Shown here: piece by piece, positions 44,642-56,900 of the stretch
Layout: each line of letters starts with the position of its first letter
How positions within the stretch are numbered: position 1 is the stretch's first letter
Source: Azolla caroliniana
Taxonomy: Eukaryota > Plantae > Polypodiophyta
Assembly (NCBI GenBank): GCA_043228905.1
Contig: JBHGNT010000006.1
Span: 19,344,001 to 19,408,000 of the forward strand
Reading direction: 5' to 3'
Length of the DNA stretch: 64,000 nucleotides
Notes under the pieces: generated by a model
What the model saw: only the letters and a program-made list of their open reading frames with translations
Told to the model about the DNA's origin: nothing
Database searches by the model: none
Made by a program: the position numbers and the translations under genes

Positions 44642-47600
44642 GGGGGAGATAGTGTCATGAGATGGCAAGACTCGAACCCATGACCTTATGGTATATGGGT
44701 CGAGCTCTTAACCATCTCACCATCTATTGTAATTCATAGAATATTATTTTCATTTATGTTTTATTATAAGAAAGTAATGTATATTCCAGATTTCTCTGGA
44801 ACATTCTAGAAGCTTCAGGATTATTCCTGAGAACACTATAAAAGAAGGCACTAAGCATTATGTTGAACCAAATTGGTTCAACACCAGTCTTAAGCCTCTT
44901 AGTCGATTTGTACTTATCTTTCATATAATATAAGAGCTGCTGTCATCATCCTATTTCCCTCTCTCTCTCCTCTTCTCACTTCCTCTCTCTCGGGAATCTT
45001 ACGCAGTCCCGTCCTCTTAGTACTAATAGTACTACTCTTCTTAGTACTAATTCCATCTCTGTTTTAGTACTATTCCTGACAGGGGCTAGACGTTCTTCGG
45101 GAATATATCAATGAGAACTTGGCAAATGGGTTTATCCAACATTCAAGATCTTCTGCTGGTGCACCCATATTTTTCGTTAAGAAGAAAGATGGTTGCCTTC
45201 GTCTGCTTGTGGATTATCTGGGATTGAATAAAGTAACTATTTGAAACCCATATGCTCTACCATTGATTTCAAGCCTTCTGGAACGCCTCAACAGAGCTAA
45301 ATATTTCACTAAGTTAGATCTTCAAGGTGCTTACAACCTTGTTCGAATTCGTCCTGGCGATGAATGGAAGACTGCTTTCCGTACTCACCATGCCCATTTT
45401 GAGTAGACAGTGATGCCATTTGGTCTCACGAATGCACCAATAGTTTTCCAACATATGGCGAATGACATTTTTCGAGATTTTCTCGATATTTTCATCATCA
45501 TTTACCTGGATGATATCTTGATCTACTCAAAAACTCAAGAGAAGCATGATATACATGTTCCACAAGCTTTGCAACGGTTGCGTGAATATGGTCTCTATAA
45601 AAAATTGGATAAGTGTAGTTTCGACCAGCGTCAAGTGGAATTTTTGGGGTACATAGTCTCTTCACATGGCATCTCTATGGATCCAACAAAGGTTCAAACA
45701 GTTTTGGATTGGCAAACACCATAGTCTGTTCGATATGTACAATGTCTTTTGGGGTTTGCAAATTTGTATCGCAAGTTCATCAAAGATTATTCAAAGATTG
45801 TATTGACCCTCACTCAACTAACACAAAAGAATCGACAATTTTAGCGGAGTACAAATGCAAACTCTGCATTTGAAGGTTTAAAGCAAGCATTTACATCCGC
45901 ACCAATTTTGATGCACGTCGATCCATTGAAGCGCTTTATACTCGAAGTTGATGTATCCAACTTCGCACTAGGAGGTGTATTATCGCTAATTGGTGATGAT
46001 GGCTAACTACACCCTTTGGCTTTTCACTCATGGAAATTTGAAGTTGTAGCAATCAACTATAAGATCCACGACAAAGAGCTTCTTCCCATTGTGGATTCTT
46101 TTCAATAGTGGCATCATTTTTTGGAGGGTTCTTCTGAACAGATCGTTGTCTACAATTATCACAAAAATCTAACGTACTTCCAAAGTGCTCGAGTCTTGAG
46201 TTGTCGACAAGCTCGTTGGGCGCAGTTCTTAACTCGTTTTGATTTCATAATTCTATATATCGCCCTGTGATGCAACAAGGAAAAATAGATGCTTTATCTC
46301 AGCGTTCGTATATGTAACTTCAACCAAGAGAGGTCGCATTTGAAAGTCAAAAGCAAATCCTCTTGGGTCCTAACCATCTACAACTAATGGCATTTCATGC
46401 TATAGACACACTCGGAGATTCAAGTCTTCTAGACTCCATTCGAGAGCATATTGAGACTAATGAATTCGCCCAAGACATTCTGAACCATATTATCCCAGAT
46501 CGTGCTTCTTGTTCTCAATCTCAAAATCCTCGTCAAGATTACAACTAATTCAGTTGGCATGATGGTTTACTTTTGCAACAAAATTTCTTGTATGTGCCTG
46601 ATGGTTCTTCTTGACTCCAAGTCTTGCAACAATGTCATGACACACCAATGGCTGGACATTTCAGCATCCACAAGACTTTAGCTTTAATTTCTCGAAGGTA
46701 TTGGTGGCCACGACTTCGCCATTTTGTTACAAATTATGTTCGTAGTTGTGATACATGTGGGCGATCCAAAAAACCTCGACATCATCCATATGGATTATTA
46801 CAGCCAATGTCTATTCCTGATAGTCCATGGAAATCTATTTCATTGGACTTCATTACGGATCTACCACCTTCCAAGGGTTTTGATTCTATTCTCACGGTAG
46901 TAGATCGTTTTACGAATATGGAAGATTTTCTTCCTTGCACGAAGGCCATTACGAGCCAAGAGACAACTGAGTTACTCATGCGAGAGGTGTTTCGGCATCA
47001 TGGTCTTCTCGATGATATTATCAGTGATTAGGGTCCCAGTTCATCTCAAATTTTTGGCGGCACATGTTCAAACTCTTACGTACTTCTTGTAAACTCTCTT
47101 TTGGCTACCATCCAGAAACTAACGGGCAGAGTGAGCAAACCAACCAAACAGTAGAGAAATATCTTTGATCTTTTGTCAACTATCAACAAGATGATTGGGT
47201 TGATCTATTACATTTGGCGGAATTTGCTTACATTAATTCAAAACATTCTTCTACTGGATACTCCCCATTTTTTGCGAACATTGGGTACCATCCTCGTTGG
47301 ACTATGCTTGAACATCCCGAACTCCTGACAAACCCGGCTGTTGAAGCTCGGCTCATCCAACTCCAAGAAATTTAGGATATCCTTTTGCACCATTTATGTG
47401 ATGCTCAAAACACTCAAAAGAAGGTTGTCGACCATCATCAACGTGATTCGTCGACTACGTTTCAAGTGGGAGATTGAGTATGGCTCTTACAAGGTCGCAT
47501 TAAAACAACCCAGCATTGTTGCAAATTGGATTATCAATGTTTTGGCCCATATGTGATATTTGGTAAGATCAATGATATGGCATTTCGCTGATCATCCTCC

Positions 47601-49649
47601 TCATATGCGTCTTCACCCGGTCTTCCATGTTTCACTTTTGGAGCCCTACACAACCAGCTCTATTCCAGGTCGTCTTACATATCCCCCACCTCCAATCGAA
47701 GTTTCGAATGGCTCTGAATATGAAGTTGTTGTCATTCTCGACTCCAAGATCGTTCGCAACAAACTGTATTATATGGTTGACTGATTAGGTTATAGACCTA
47801 ATGATCGAACATGGGAACCTCCCGGAGAATCTTGCTAATGCCTCCAAAATGGTTGTTGCATCTCACAACAAATATCCCCATAGCCAAGTCCGAAATCTTG
47901 TCTTCCAACTCACAGAACTCGTCGTCGAAAAGGGAGGATAATGTCATCAAAACATACATTTTGTATTTACAAGGATTCAAACCCAAGACGTCTTGATCTA
48001 TATGTTAGACCTTTAACCATTACAATAACATATATGATGTATAGCTATAATAAATATATTATTAGTTATTAGATATTTAAAGTATTCTAGAACATTCTAG
48101 AATATTCAATGATTATATATTAAATATCTAAAATATTTTAGAACATTCTAGAATACGCCATAAGGACCTATAAATAGGTTTCTATTTATTCATAACAACT
48201 CACTCGGTTCAACACCAGTCTTTAGCCTTTAGCCCACTCTTTGTAACCTTGTTTTCTCATAATATAATCTCATTTCCATTTCTTGTCTTATCTCTCCGTC
48301 TCTCTCTCTGTCCTACTCACGAATCACGACAACAGCTATAAAAACTCTAATCTGCATCACTCATTAAAGTTTTCCCTAGGTATATTTATACATACACACA
48401 CTACAGGATATTTACAAATATTTCCAGTATTATTATTATCTGATAATAACACTAACAATCAATAATCAACCGATTGATCGACTAGCTGAATCCTGTGTCG
48501 ACTCTCCCTCAATCAACTCTATGTGTCTTTGACTGTCGACTCTCAGTCCGAACAGTCAGCTACTCCTTGTCTTCAACTGTCGGCTCTTACTCAACCGAAC
48601 AGTCAGCTCCTCCCACAGGAGAGACGTATACCTAACAAACTCCCCCATCATGCCTGTTGGTGGAGTCGATTAGTCCTTTCTTCAGTCGATAAACTCTGTG
48701 TAAAAAGTAACGTACAGAAGCAAGTATAAAGACCAAACAGAAGGAAGAAAACTCAGGTTTAATGGAGATCTTGAGCTTACGTAGTATACTCGGGAGAGAC
48801 AAAGAGAGAGTGATAGAGAGAAAAACACAAGAACTATATTCAAAAAACTCTATTCACCATTCTATACATATGTGTGTTCAATGAACACTTTTATACAAGT
48901 CCTAGAAGGACTGACAGAAGTACTGACAGTACTTCAATGCTCATTGAGAGCTCCTACACTAACTCCCAAACATATTCCTCACGGAATATCTTTCCTAACG
49001 GCCTCCCGGTTTACGCACCGATCCGGCCCTACCTACGCACCGGTCTGCATACCGGTTTACGCATTCGGCCTAACCGATCGGTCCCAACCGATCCGGTCCT
49101 CGACTTCTTCAGCCGATCCGGCCGATGTTGAGCTTGTCTCTCAACACTCCCCCTCAAGCTCAACTTGAGGCTCTTCGGGATCTTCGGGCTCACAGCTCCG
49201 ATTCCTCCTGGCTTCACGCCTCGCTCACGCTCCTCGACCTGTTCGACTCCGCGCGCTTCGACCCTTCCAGTCGGCTTGTCTACTCATGTGGCCCTCATCA
49301 GCTCTTCTGTTGTTGCGGTGTTGACGCTTCTTCTGCTGCCTTTTCTTCCGCTTGGGCCTCGGTTGATTCAGCGTATCTGAATCAAACATCCGAACTGACT
49401 CGGCTACTTCCGATCGGTTTTCGCTCTCGTCCGAGTTGGCTGTCTCCAACTCGTCTTCGGTCTTCTCACCCTCGATGGCGTCATCTTCCCCATGCGTGGT
49501 TGGCTTCGTCTTTCTCCTTCGGCTGCTCCCCTTTTGTCCACTTCCGGACTTTTCCGCGGGTCCGCCCTCGGCTTCTTTAGCCGATCCAAAGTCGAACTCG
49601 ACAACCGAGTCAACCAAACTCGGTGGTGTCGCAGTCTCCGCTCCTTTCC

Positions 49650-52600
49650 TACTACCTTGCTTGGTCGTTCGGGACTGTTCTCCCCCTCAAGTTTGGCACG
49701 TCGAGGGGACGCAATCCGAGCGCACTTGAGAATTGCCGCAACTTGTCCAGACCAAGAGGCTTCGTGAAGATGTCGGCAGTCTGCCGATCCGTCGGAACAT
49801 ACTAAAGTTCGACTTCACCAGTAAGGGGACACTCACAGACGAAGTGGTAGTGCACCTCAATGTGCTTGGTCCGTGCGTGGAAAATGGGGTTTTTCGCGAG
49901 CTGGATGCTGCTGAGGTTGTCGCAGTAGATCGTCATCGGATCTTACACCTCCTCTTGCAGGTCCTTAAGTAGCCGCTTCAACCATATGGCTTTGCACGTC
50001 GCGACAACCGCTCCTCGGTACTCAGCTTCGGTGCTTGACAGTGCAACTGTCGGCTGCTTCTTACTACTCCACGCAATCGCGGCATTCCCGAGGGAGAATG
50101 TGTATCCAGACGTGGATCGGCAATCGGCGGCGTTGCTAGCCCAATCAGCATCGGTGTAGCCAACTAACTGCACGGCTGCACCGGTCTGATATAGCAGTCC
50201 CCGGTCCTTAGTGTCGTTGACATACCAAAGTATGCGTTGCGCACACTGAAGGTGCTCCTCGGTAGGTCGCGCCATGAACTGATTGATCACTCTGACCGGA
50301 TAACTGAGGTCGGGTCGGGTGATGGTCAAGTATATGAGGCTTCCGACAATTTGTGGGAACCTCGTCGGGTCGCATACCTTTCCCGTATCGGGACGAAGCT
50401 TGACGGTTTTGTCCAGAGGAGTCGAGACGGACTTACAGTCGGTCATCCCAAATTTGAAGAGAATACTCAACACGTAATAACGTTGGCTGATCAATATGCC
50501 TTCGGGGGTACGGATCACTTCGATCCCGAGGAAGTAATGAAGGTCCCCCAAATCCTTCATGTCGAACGATGCCGCAAGCTAGAGCTTCACGCGGTCGATT
50601 TCACCGAGGTCGGCGCCAGTGATGACCAAGTCATCAACATATAGTAAAATACTAACCGGTCCTAGTCGACCTTTCCGGATGAATAGGGAAGAGTCCGATT
50701 TTGACGTGACGAAGCCCATCCGACGCAGTTATTGTGTGATCTTCGCATTCTAGGCACGCGGGGCTTGCTTCAGTCCGTAAAGGGACTTCTTCAGTCGGCA
50801 TACTGCCGAGGAGTTCGTTCCGGAGTGAAATCCGGGGGGTTGTACCATGTACACCTGTTCCTCAAGGTCATCTTGCAGGAACGCATTCTTTACATCCATC
50901 TGATGTAAGTGCCACCCCTTCGCCGCAGCTACTGCGAGCAAAACACGGACGGTCGTCATTTTCGCGACCGGCGCAAATGTCTCATCGTAGTCGATGTTGT
51001 GTTTCTGCGCGTAGCCCATTGCCACTAGCCGAGCCTTGTACCGGTTGACCGAGCCATCGGTGTTGTACTTGACTTTGTACACCCACCTACACCCGATCGG
51101 TTTTACCCCTGTTGGTGCATCAACTAGGTCCCAGGTCTCATTCTCAGCCAATGCGTGCATCTCTTCCTCCATCGCGGCACGCCAATTCGCGTCTTTAGCC
51201 GCTTATGCGTAGCTCTCCGGCTCACGCACTTCTACTACACGGGTCATGTACGCATAATGATGCGCCATGTACTCATTGTATCCGAACCGCAAAACAGGGT
51301 TCTTCTAGCAGGTAGATCGGCGTAATCTAGCATTAGCCGATGTCGAGGCCTTCTCGGTCGACGCAGACTTCACCTTTAAAGACCCGTCACCGATTCCCTC
51401 GGAGTCATACTCGCATCGGTCTGACCCGTTCCTATCCGTGCCGGAATCCAACACCTTCTTCTTCCCTTTCTCTTTGCACGTAAGCCGTCTCCTCGGCTTC
51501 CTATGCGGGGAATGCACGGCCGAGTCTCCACTACTCGCCGGCTCTTCATCGAACTGGTCGTACCGACTCAGTCGTCCAATCAGTCCACTCGGTCCACTTA
51601 AACGGAGTGAAATTGGACTTTCTTCGCGGGTCTCGATTTCGGGCTCATCCAGAGGCATCTCGGCCTCTCTGACCTCATCGTCAGAGCTTGGATTGGAGTC
51701 GGGGTTCGGAGTCGGGGGCTAGTACCAGGACGCGGACTCGTCAAACACAACGTCGCGGCTGACACGCGCTTGTTTGGTGCGAGGGTTATAGCACTTATAA
51801 CCCTTCTGCTCGTCCGAGTAACCGACCAAGATGCATTTCTCGGCCTTTGCGTCCAACTTCCTCCTTTTCTCCTTCGGTACATGCACATACGCAATGCTAC
51901 CAAACACCTTCAAGTGTCGCAAGTTCCGCTTCGTTCCGAAATATAGCTCATGCGCCGACACTTTGTCTCCGATTCGGTTCTGGATGTATACTGCGGTCCT
52001 TACCACCTCGGCCTAGTAGAACTTGGGCAAGCTCTTCTCCTCCAGCATTGCCCGTGCCTCTTCCACAATTGACCGATTCTTCCTCTCGGTCACGCCGTTC
52101 TGTTCCGGCGTGTATCTACAACTGAATTCGCGCCGAATTCCCATTTGTTGTAGATAACCGTTGAATTGACCAAAAAAGTACTCTTTCCCACCATCCGACC
52201 GCAGGCACTTGATCTTTCGTCCCGTTTCTGTTTCCACGAACCCTTTGAGGTCCCTGAAACAGTCGAAGACTTCGCTCTTCCTCTCAATGAGGTAGATCCA
52301 CGTGTGCCGTGTGTGGTCGTCGATGAAGGAGACGAAATATCGGCTCCCGCCAAGACTAACGTTTTGTGTCGGCCCCCATACATCGGAGTGTATAAGGTCG
52401 AGCTTGTTCCGGCTCCGGTTTCGCTCGTTGGGGAAAGGAAGTCGGTGTTGCTTCCCGAGCTGGCAAGCTTCACAAATTTGTGCCTTTTGGCCACTAAATT
52501 TGGGCAATCCGAACACTACCTGTTTCGATTGCAGATCTTGAAGCCGCTGGTAGTTGACGTGGCCTATCCACTTGTGCCACAAGTCGATGTCCGACTCGGA

Positions 52601-53433
52601 TTTTTGTCCCTTCGCGAACATTGTGGTGCCGCCGTCAGTGGAATCGAGGATGAACATCCTCCCGTCTCTGCGCCCTTACGCAATCACACGGCCTTCTTCC
52701 TCAATGAAGCACCCGAGGTGTGTAAACCGAACCTCCATCCCTTGGTCGACGATCTGTCCGACCGAGACCAAGTTCTTCGTGATTGTCGGAACGTGCAACA
52801 CGTTCATGAGTTTCCCTTTCTGCCCGACATGGCTAAGGGGAACTTCTCCGACATTCTCAATCGGATGCGGAGTGTCGTCTCCAGTTGCGACTACTCCAAG
52901 TTGTATCGGTTTTTCAAGGTACAAGAACCACTCCTTATGGCTCTTCATGTGGTTTGACGTGCCGGAGTCTACGTACCACACCTCGTCCGATCTCGGGGTG
53001 GTCCGTTTCATTGAGTTTGCTTCGTGTCTCGTCACGAAGACAGACCCTTCTCCGGCTCTCCCGGAGTCTTCGGCGTACTGCGATCGCTGCCGATTTCCCT
53101 TGTCGATATGTCCGTAGCCATTTTCGGAACCGGTTCTCTCCGAATCGGCACGCTTCTTCCAGCACTCACTTTCCCTGTGGCCTTTCTTGCCACAGTACCA
53201 GCACTCTGCGATGGCCTTCCCTTGCCGGTTCTCATCGCTTCGACTCCTCTTGTTTCCAGAGGGTCCGGAGTTGCTGTCGGCATCACTTTGGTGCCTTCTT
53301 CCTTGATCTCGTCGGCCGCCTCCATTGCGCGCCGACTCGCCTCGTCCTCCACGTCCACGAGGCCTATCTCCCTCCATGTACAACATTCTCCTGTTGGTGT
53401 GCGTGCTTGTAGACGCACCCGCGTGGTTCTCCT
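49650..53433 (-). pseudogene. gag-pol: J polyprotein, 3' part (knuckle, PR, INT, RT, RH) with stops
   Basis: CWYCGKKGHRESEC; WYVDSG; HSDVWGP; YKARLVA; YTDADWA. Confidence 0.9.
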
Positions 53434-53749
53434 TGTTAAGAAAACGTGAAGAAGGCACTCGGGCTCTTCTTATGTGCGCGGCGGATCGTGGTGTGCTAGA
53501 TCGTTTAGTGCTCAAACACAGAAGGGAAGGGGGAAGGAGACTTACCTCTGTAGCAGCCAAAAACTTCTTCTATTTCATTATGCGCAGAGCTCTACTTGCT
53601 CTCGTTTGTTTCTCTCTCTTGCTCTCACTCTCTGAGTTCTTTCTCTCTATGCTCTATCTCTCTCACAGAGTTCTACTTCCTGTATATCTTCTTCTTCTTC
53701 TTTCTTACTCTCTTACTTTCTACCTAAGTAATAAGTTACTTACGTATGC

Positions 53750-53851
53750 AGCTAATTAGCTGCCTGTAGCTAATTAGCTATCAGTCACTAAATAGCTGTC
53801 AGTCGCTAAATAGCTGTCAGTAGCTAATTAGCTGTCAGTAGCTAATTAGCT
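53750..53851. repeat. 18-bp tandem array, 6 units, in the 3' LTR of I
   Basis: AGCTAATTAGCTGTCAGT and CGCTAAATAGCTGTCAGT variants. Confidence 0.92.
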
Positions 53852-53960
53852 GTTTCTCCTTTATGTTCACAAGTAGCTAAATAACTACTATAACTTATTT
53901 CCCAATAAGCATCGCATACCATGTTGAGCTTGCTTCTCAACACTCCCCCTCAAGCTCAAC

Positions 53961-56900
53961 TTATCCTTTCTTGGGGTTATCTACAACTTCTTTTTCATGA
54001 TGCTTTTCAGCCATCATATCAATGTCTACAACTCCCATCATGTTCCGAAACTGTGTATGCTTTTCCACACTCAATCCCTTTGTGAGAATATCAGCAACCT
54101 GCTGATTTGTATTCACATACACCAGATCAACTTCTCCTTCAATCACTTTTTCTCTAACAAAGTGATAATGCACTTCAATGTGCTTTGTTCTTGCATGGAA
54201 CACAGGGTTCTTTGCAAGTTGAATGCTGCTCATGTTGTCACACCAGATTGTGACAGTACTATCTATATACTCTCCCAAATCAGCAAGCAATCTTCTAATC
54301 CATACCTCTTCACAAGTGGCTATGGCAGCTCCTCTGTACTCAGCTTCAGTACTAGACAATGCAACAGTAGCATGTTTCTTGCTACTCCATGAAATACCTG
54401 CACTTCCCAATATAAAGATATATCCACTTGTGGATCTTCTATCTGTTTGGCTTCCAGCCCAATCAACATCTGTATATCCTTCCAGATTTATGTCCAAATC
54501 AGCCCTGTAAAACAATCCATAGTTCTGAGTAGCTTTTACATACCTCAGAATTCTTCTAATGCAGTCCAAATGCGGCTTTGTTGGCTGTTGCATAAATTGG
54601 CTAACTAATCCAACTGCATAACTCAAATCAGGTCTTGTTATGGTCAAATAAATAAGGCTGCCCACCATAGACCTGTACATGTTTACATCTTCTATTTTGG
54701 CTCCCAAATCAGCCCTCAATTTGCAGTTTTTATCTAGTGGTACTCCAATAGGTTTGCATCCAAGCATACCATACTTTTTCAACATAGTTGTTGCATATTG
54801 TCTTTGCAACACACATATACCACTTTCAGATCTGATGATTTCAATACCCAAAAAATATCTCAGATCTCCCAAATCTTTCATATGAAATTTCATTTCCAAA
54901 TTTCTTTTCAGCTTACTTATCTCATCCATGAAATCACCTCCAATGATGAGATCATCAACATAAATCAGAATCACAACCATACAATCATCTTTCCTTTTAA
55001 CATACAATGATGAATCAGCCTTTGACATTTTGAAGTCAAGTTTTTTCAGATAATCTGAAAGTTCCCTGTGCCATGTTCTTGGTGCCTGTTTCAGTCCATA
55101 GAGAGCCTTTTTCAGCTTACATACATAATCTGGATGCTTCCTATCTTCAAAACCTGGTGGTTGACACATATACACTTCTTCTTCCAAGTTACCATGTAAA
55201 AAGGCATTTTTTACATCCATATGATGAAGAAACCATCTTCTGGTTGCACCTACAGCCAGTAATGTCCTCAATGTTGCCATCTTTGCAACCGGTGCAAATG
55301 TCTCATCATAATCAATTCCTTGCATTTGGGCATATCCCTTTGCAACCAATCTTGCTTTATGTCTACTTACATTCCCACTGGAATCATGCTTTGTCTTGTA
55401 GACCCATTTGCAACCTACCACATTTTTTTCTTTTGGTAACCTCACCAAATCCCATGTTTTGTTTTCAGCCAATGCATCAATCTCTTCTTGCATTGCATCC
55501 ACCCATTTCTTCTCAGTTTTAGCCTCATCAAAACTACTTGGATCAGGGATCTGTACCACCTTAGACATGTATGCATAATGCATAGCCATGTATGTATCAT
55601 AACCAAATCTTTCAACAGTTTTTTTCTCTCTATCTGATCTTCTCAGTTTTTGATTTGCATCCTTCAATGCTTTTTCCATACCAGGGATTTTCAATCCTCT
55701 TATACCAAGAAGATCATCCAATGACACATCTGAATCCTCATCTTCCATGTTTTTAGACAAGTCATCCAACATTTCATACTCTGGCATTTTTTGTTTTCCT
55801 TTTTTATCATCACATTTTTTGTGTCCTCCACTTTTTCCACTCCAAGAATTTGAATCAGATTTACCATCTGAGCTTTTTGATGGTCCAGAACATTCTGTTG
55901 ATGTTGGACTTTGCTGTCCATCCTTGCTTCCATCTCTGTGGCAGTCTTCTATGTTTTCAGATTTGTCTTTGTCTTCAATCTCATTGTCTTCATCGGTCTC
56001 TGGATTCTGTTTTGGACTATACCAGCTGGCTAACTCATCAAAGATTACATCCCTACTTGTCACAATCTTCTTTGTTACAGGGTTATAGCATCTATACCCT
56101 TTTTGTTCTTCTGAATAGCCAACAAAAATACATTTTTCTGCCTTTGGATCCAACTTACTTCTTACTTCTGCAGGCACATGTACATATGCAAGGCATCCAA
56201 ACACTTTTAAGTGTTCTATACTAGGTTTCCTTCCATAGAAACACTCTTCAGGAGTTGCTTCATGTACTCCCGATGTTATACATCTATTTAGAATATAATT
56301 TGTTGTATTTACAGCTTCTGCCCAATAGTACAATGGCATATTCTTCTCTGTCATCAAAGCCCTTGCAATGTTCACCAATGTTATGTTTTTCCTCTCAGCA
56401 ACTCCATTTTGTTGTGGAGTATATATACATGTGAATTGTCTTCTTATTCCCTGATTGCATAGAAAATCAGAAAATTCATTGGAGAAATACTCTCCTCCTC
56501 CATCAGATCTTAAACATTTTATTCTTGTACCTGCCTGCTTTTCTACCATGCATTTAAACTTACGAAAACATTCAAACACTTCACTTTTCTCTTTCATGAA
56601 GTACACCCATGTTTTCCTTGAGCAATCATCAATAAAAGTTACATAAAATCTGCAGCCACCAATAGATGCATTCTTAGTTGGTCCCCATACATCCGTATGT
56701 ACCAAATCCAACAAATTTTTACTTACATGTCTTTCATGAGGGAATGGCAACCTATTTTGCTTTCCATATTGACATGCTTCACATATCTTTCCCATTTCAC
56801 AATTTTTCAGTTTTGGCAGTCCAGCCACTGCATCTTTTCTCAACATATTCTTTAGGGTTTGCATACTTATGTGGCCAATCCTTTTATGCCACATTTCCAC

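Larger units (their letters stand above)
39417..45081 (+). mobile_element. Element C: intact, very recent Tcn1-like chromovirus
   Basis: 429-bp LTRs 39417-39845 and 44653-45081 with no difference seen; TSD GGGGC; PBS 39848-39859. Confidence 0.97.
20496..48331 (+). mobile_element. Element H3: old Tcn1-like chromovirus hosting X2, D and C (own pieces 20496-21322, 33149-33247, 38493-39416, 45087-47941; 3' LTR 47942-48331)
   Basis: Frames continue across each insertion (TTQR|RGTLSD; NCPH|KPR; LSPMG|LDVLR); PPT, then LTR TGTCA...CACGACA. Confidence 0.85.

Noticed and set aside
52166-53449. Long plus-strand ORFs (up to 263 aa)
   Set aside because: They are antisense shadows of GC-rich J pol codons with no recognisable motifs.
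53325-53759. Hydrophobic ORF resembling an envelope or membrane protein (also 58287-58775)
   Set aside because: It is antisense through the CT-rich LTR of I; the Leu/Ser richness comes from low complexity.
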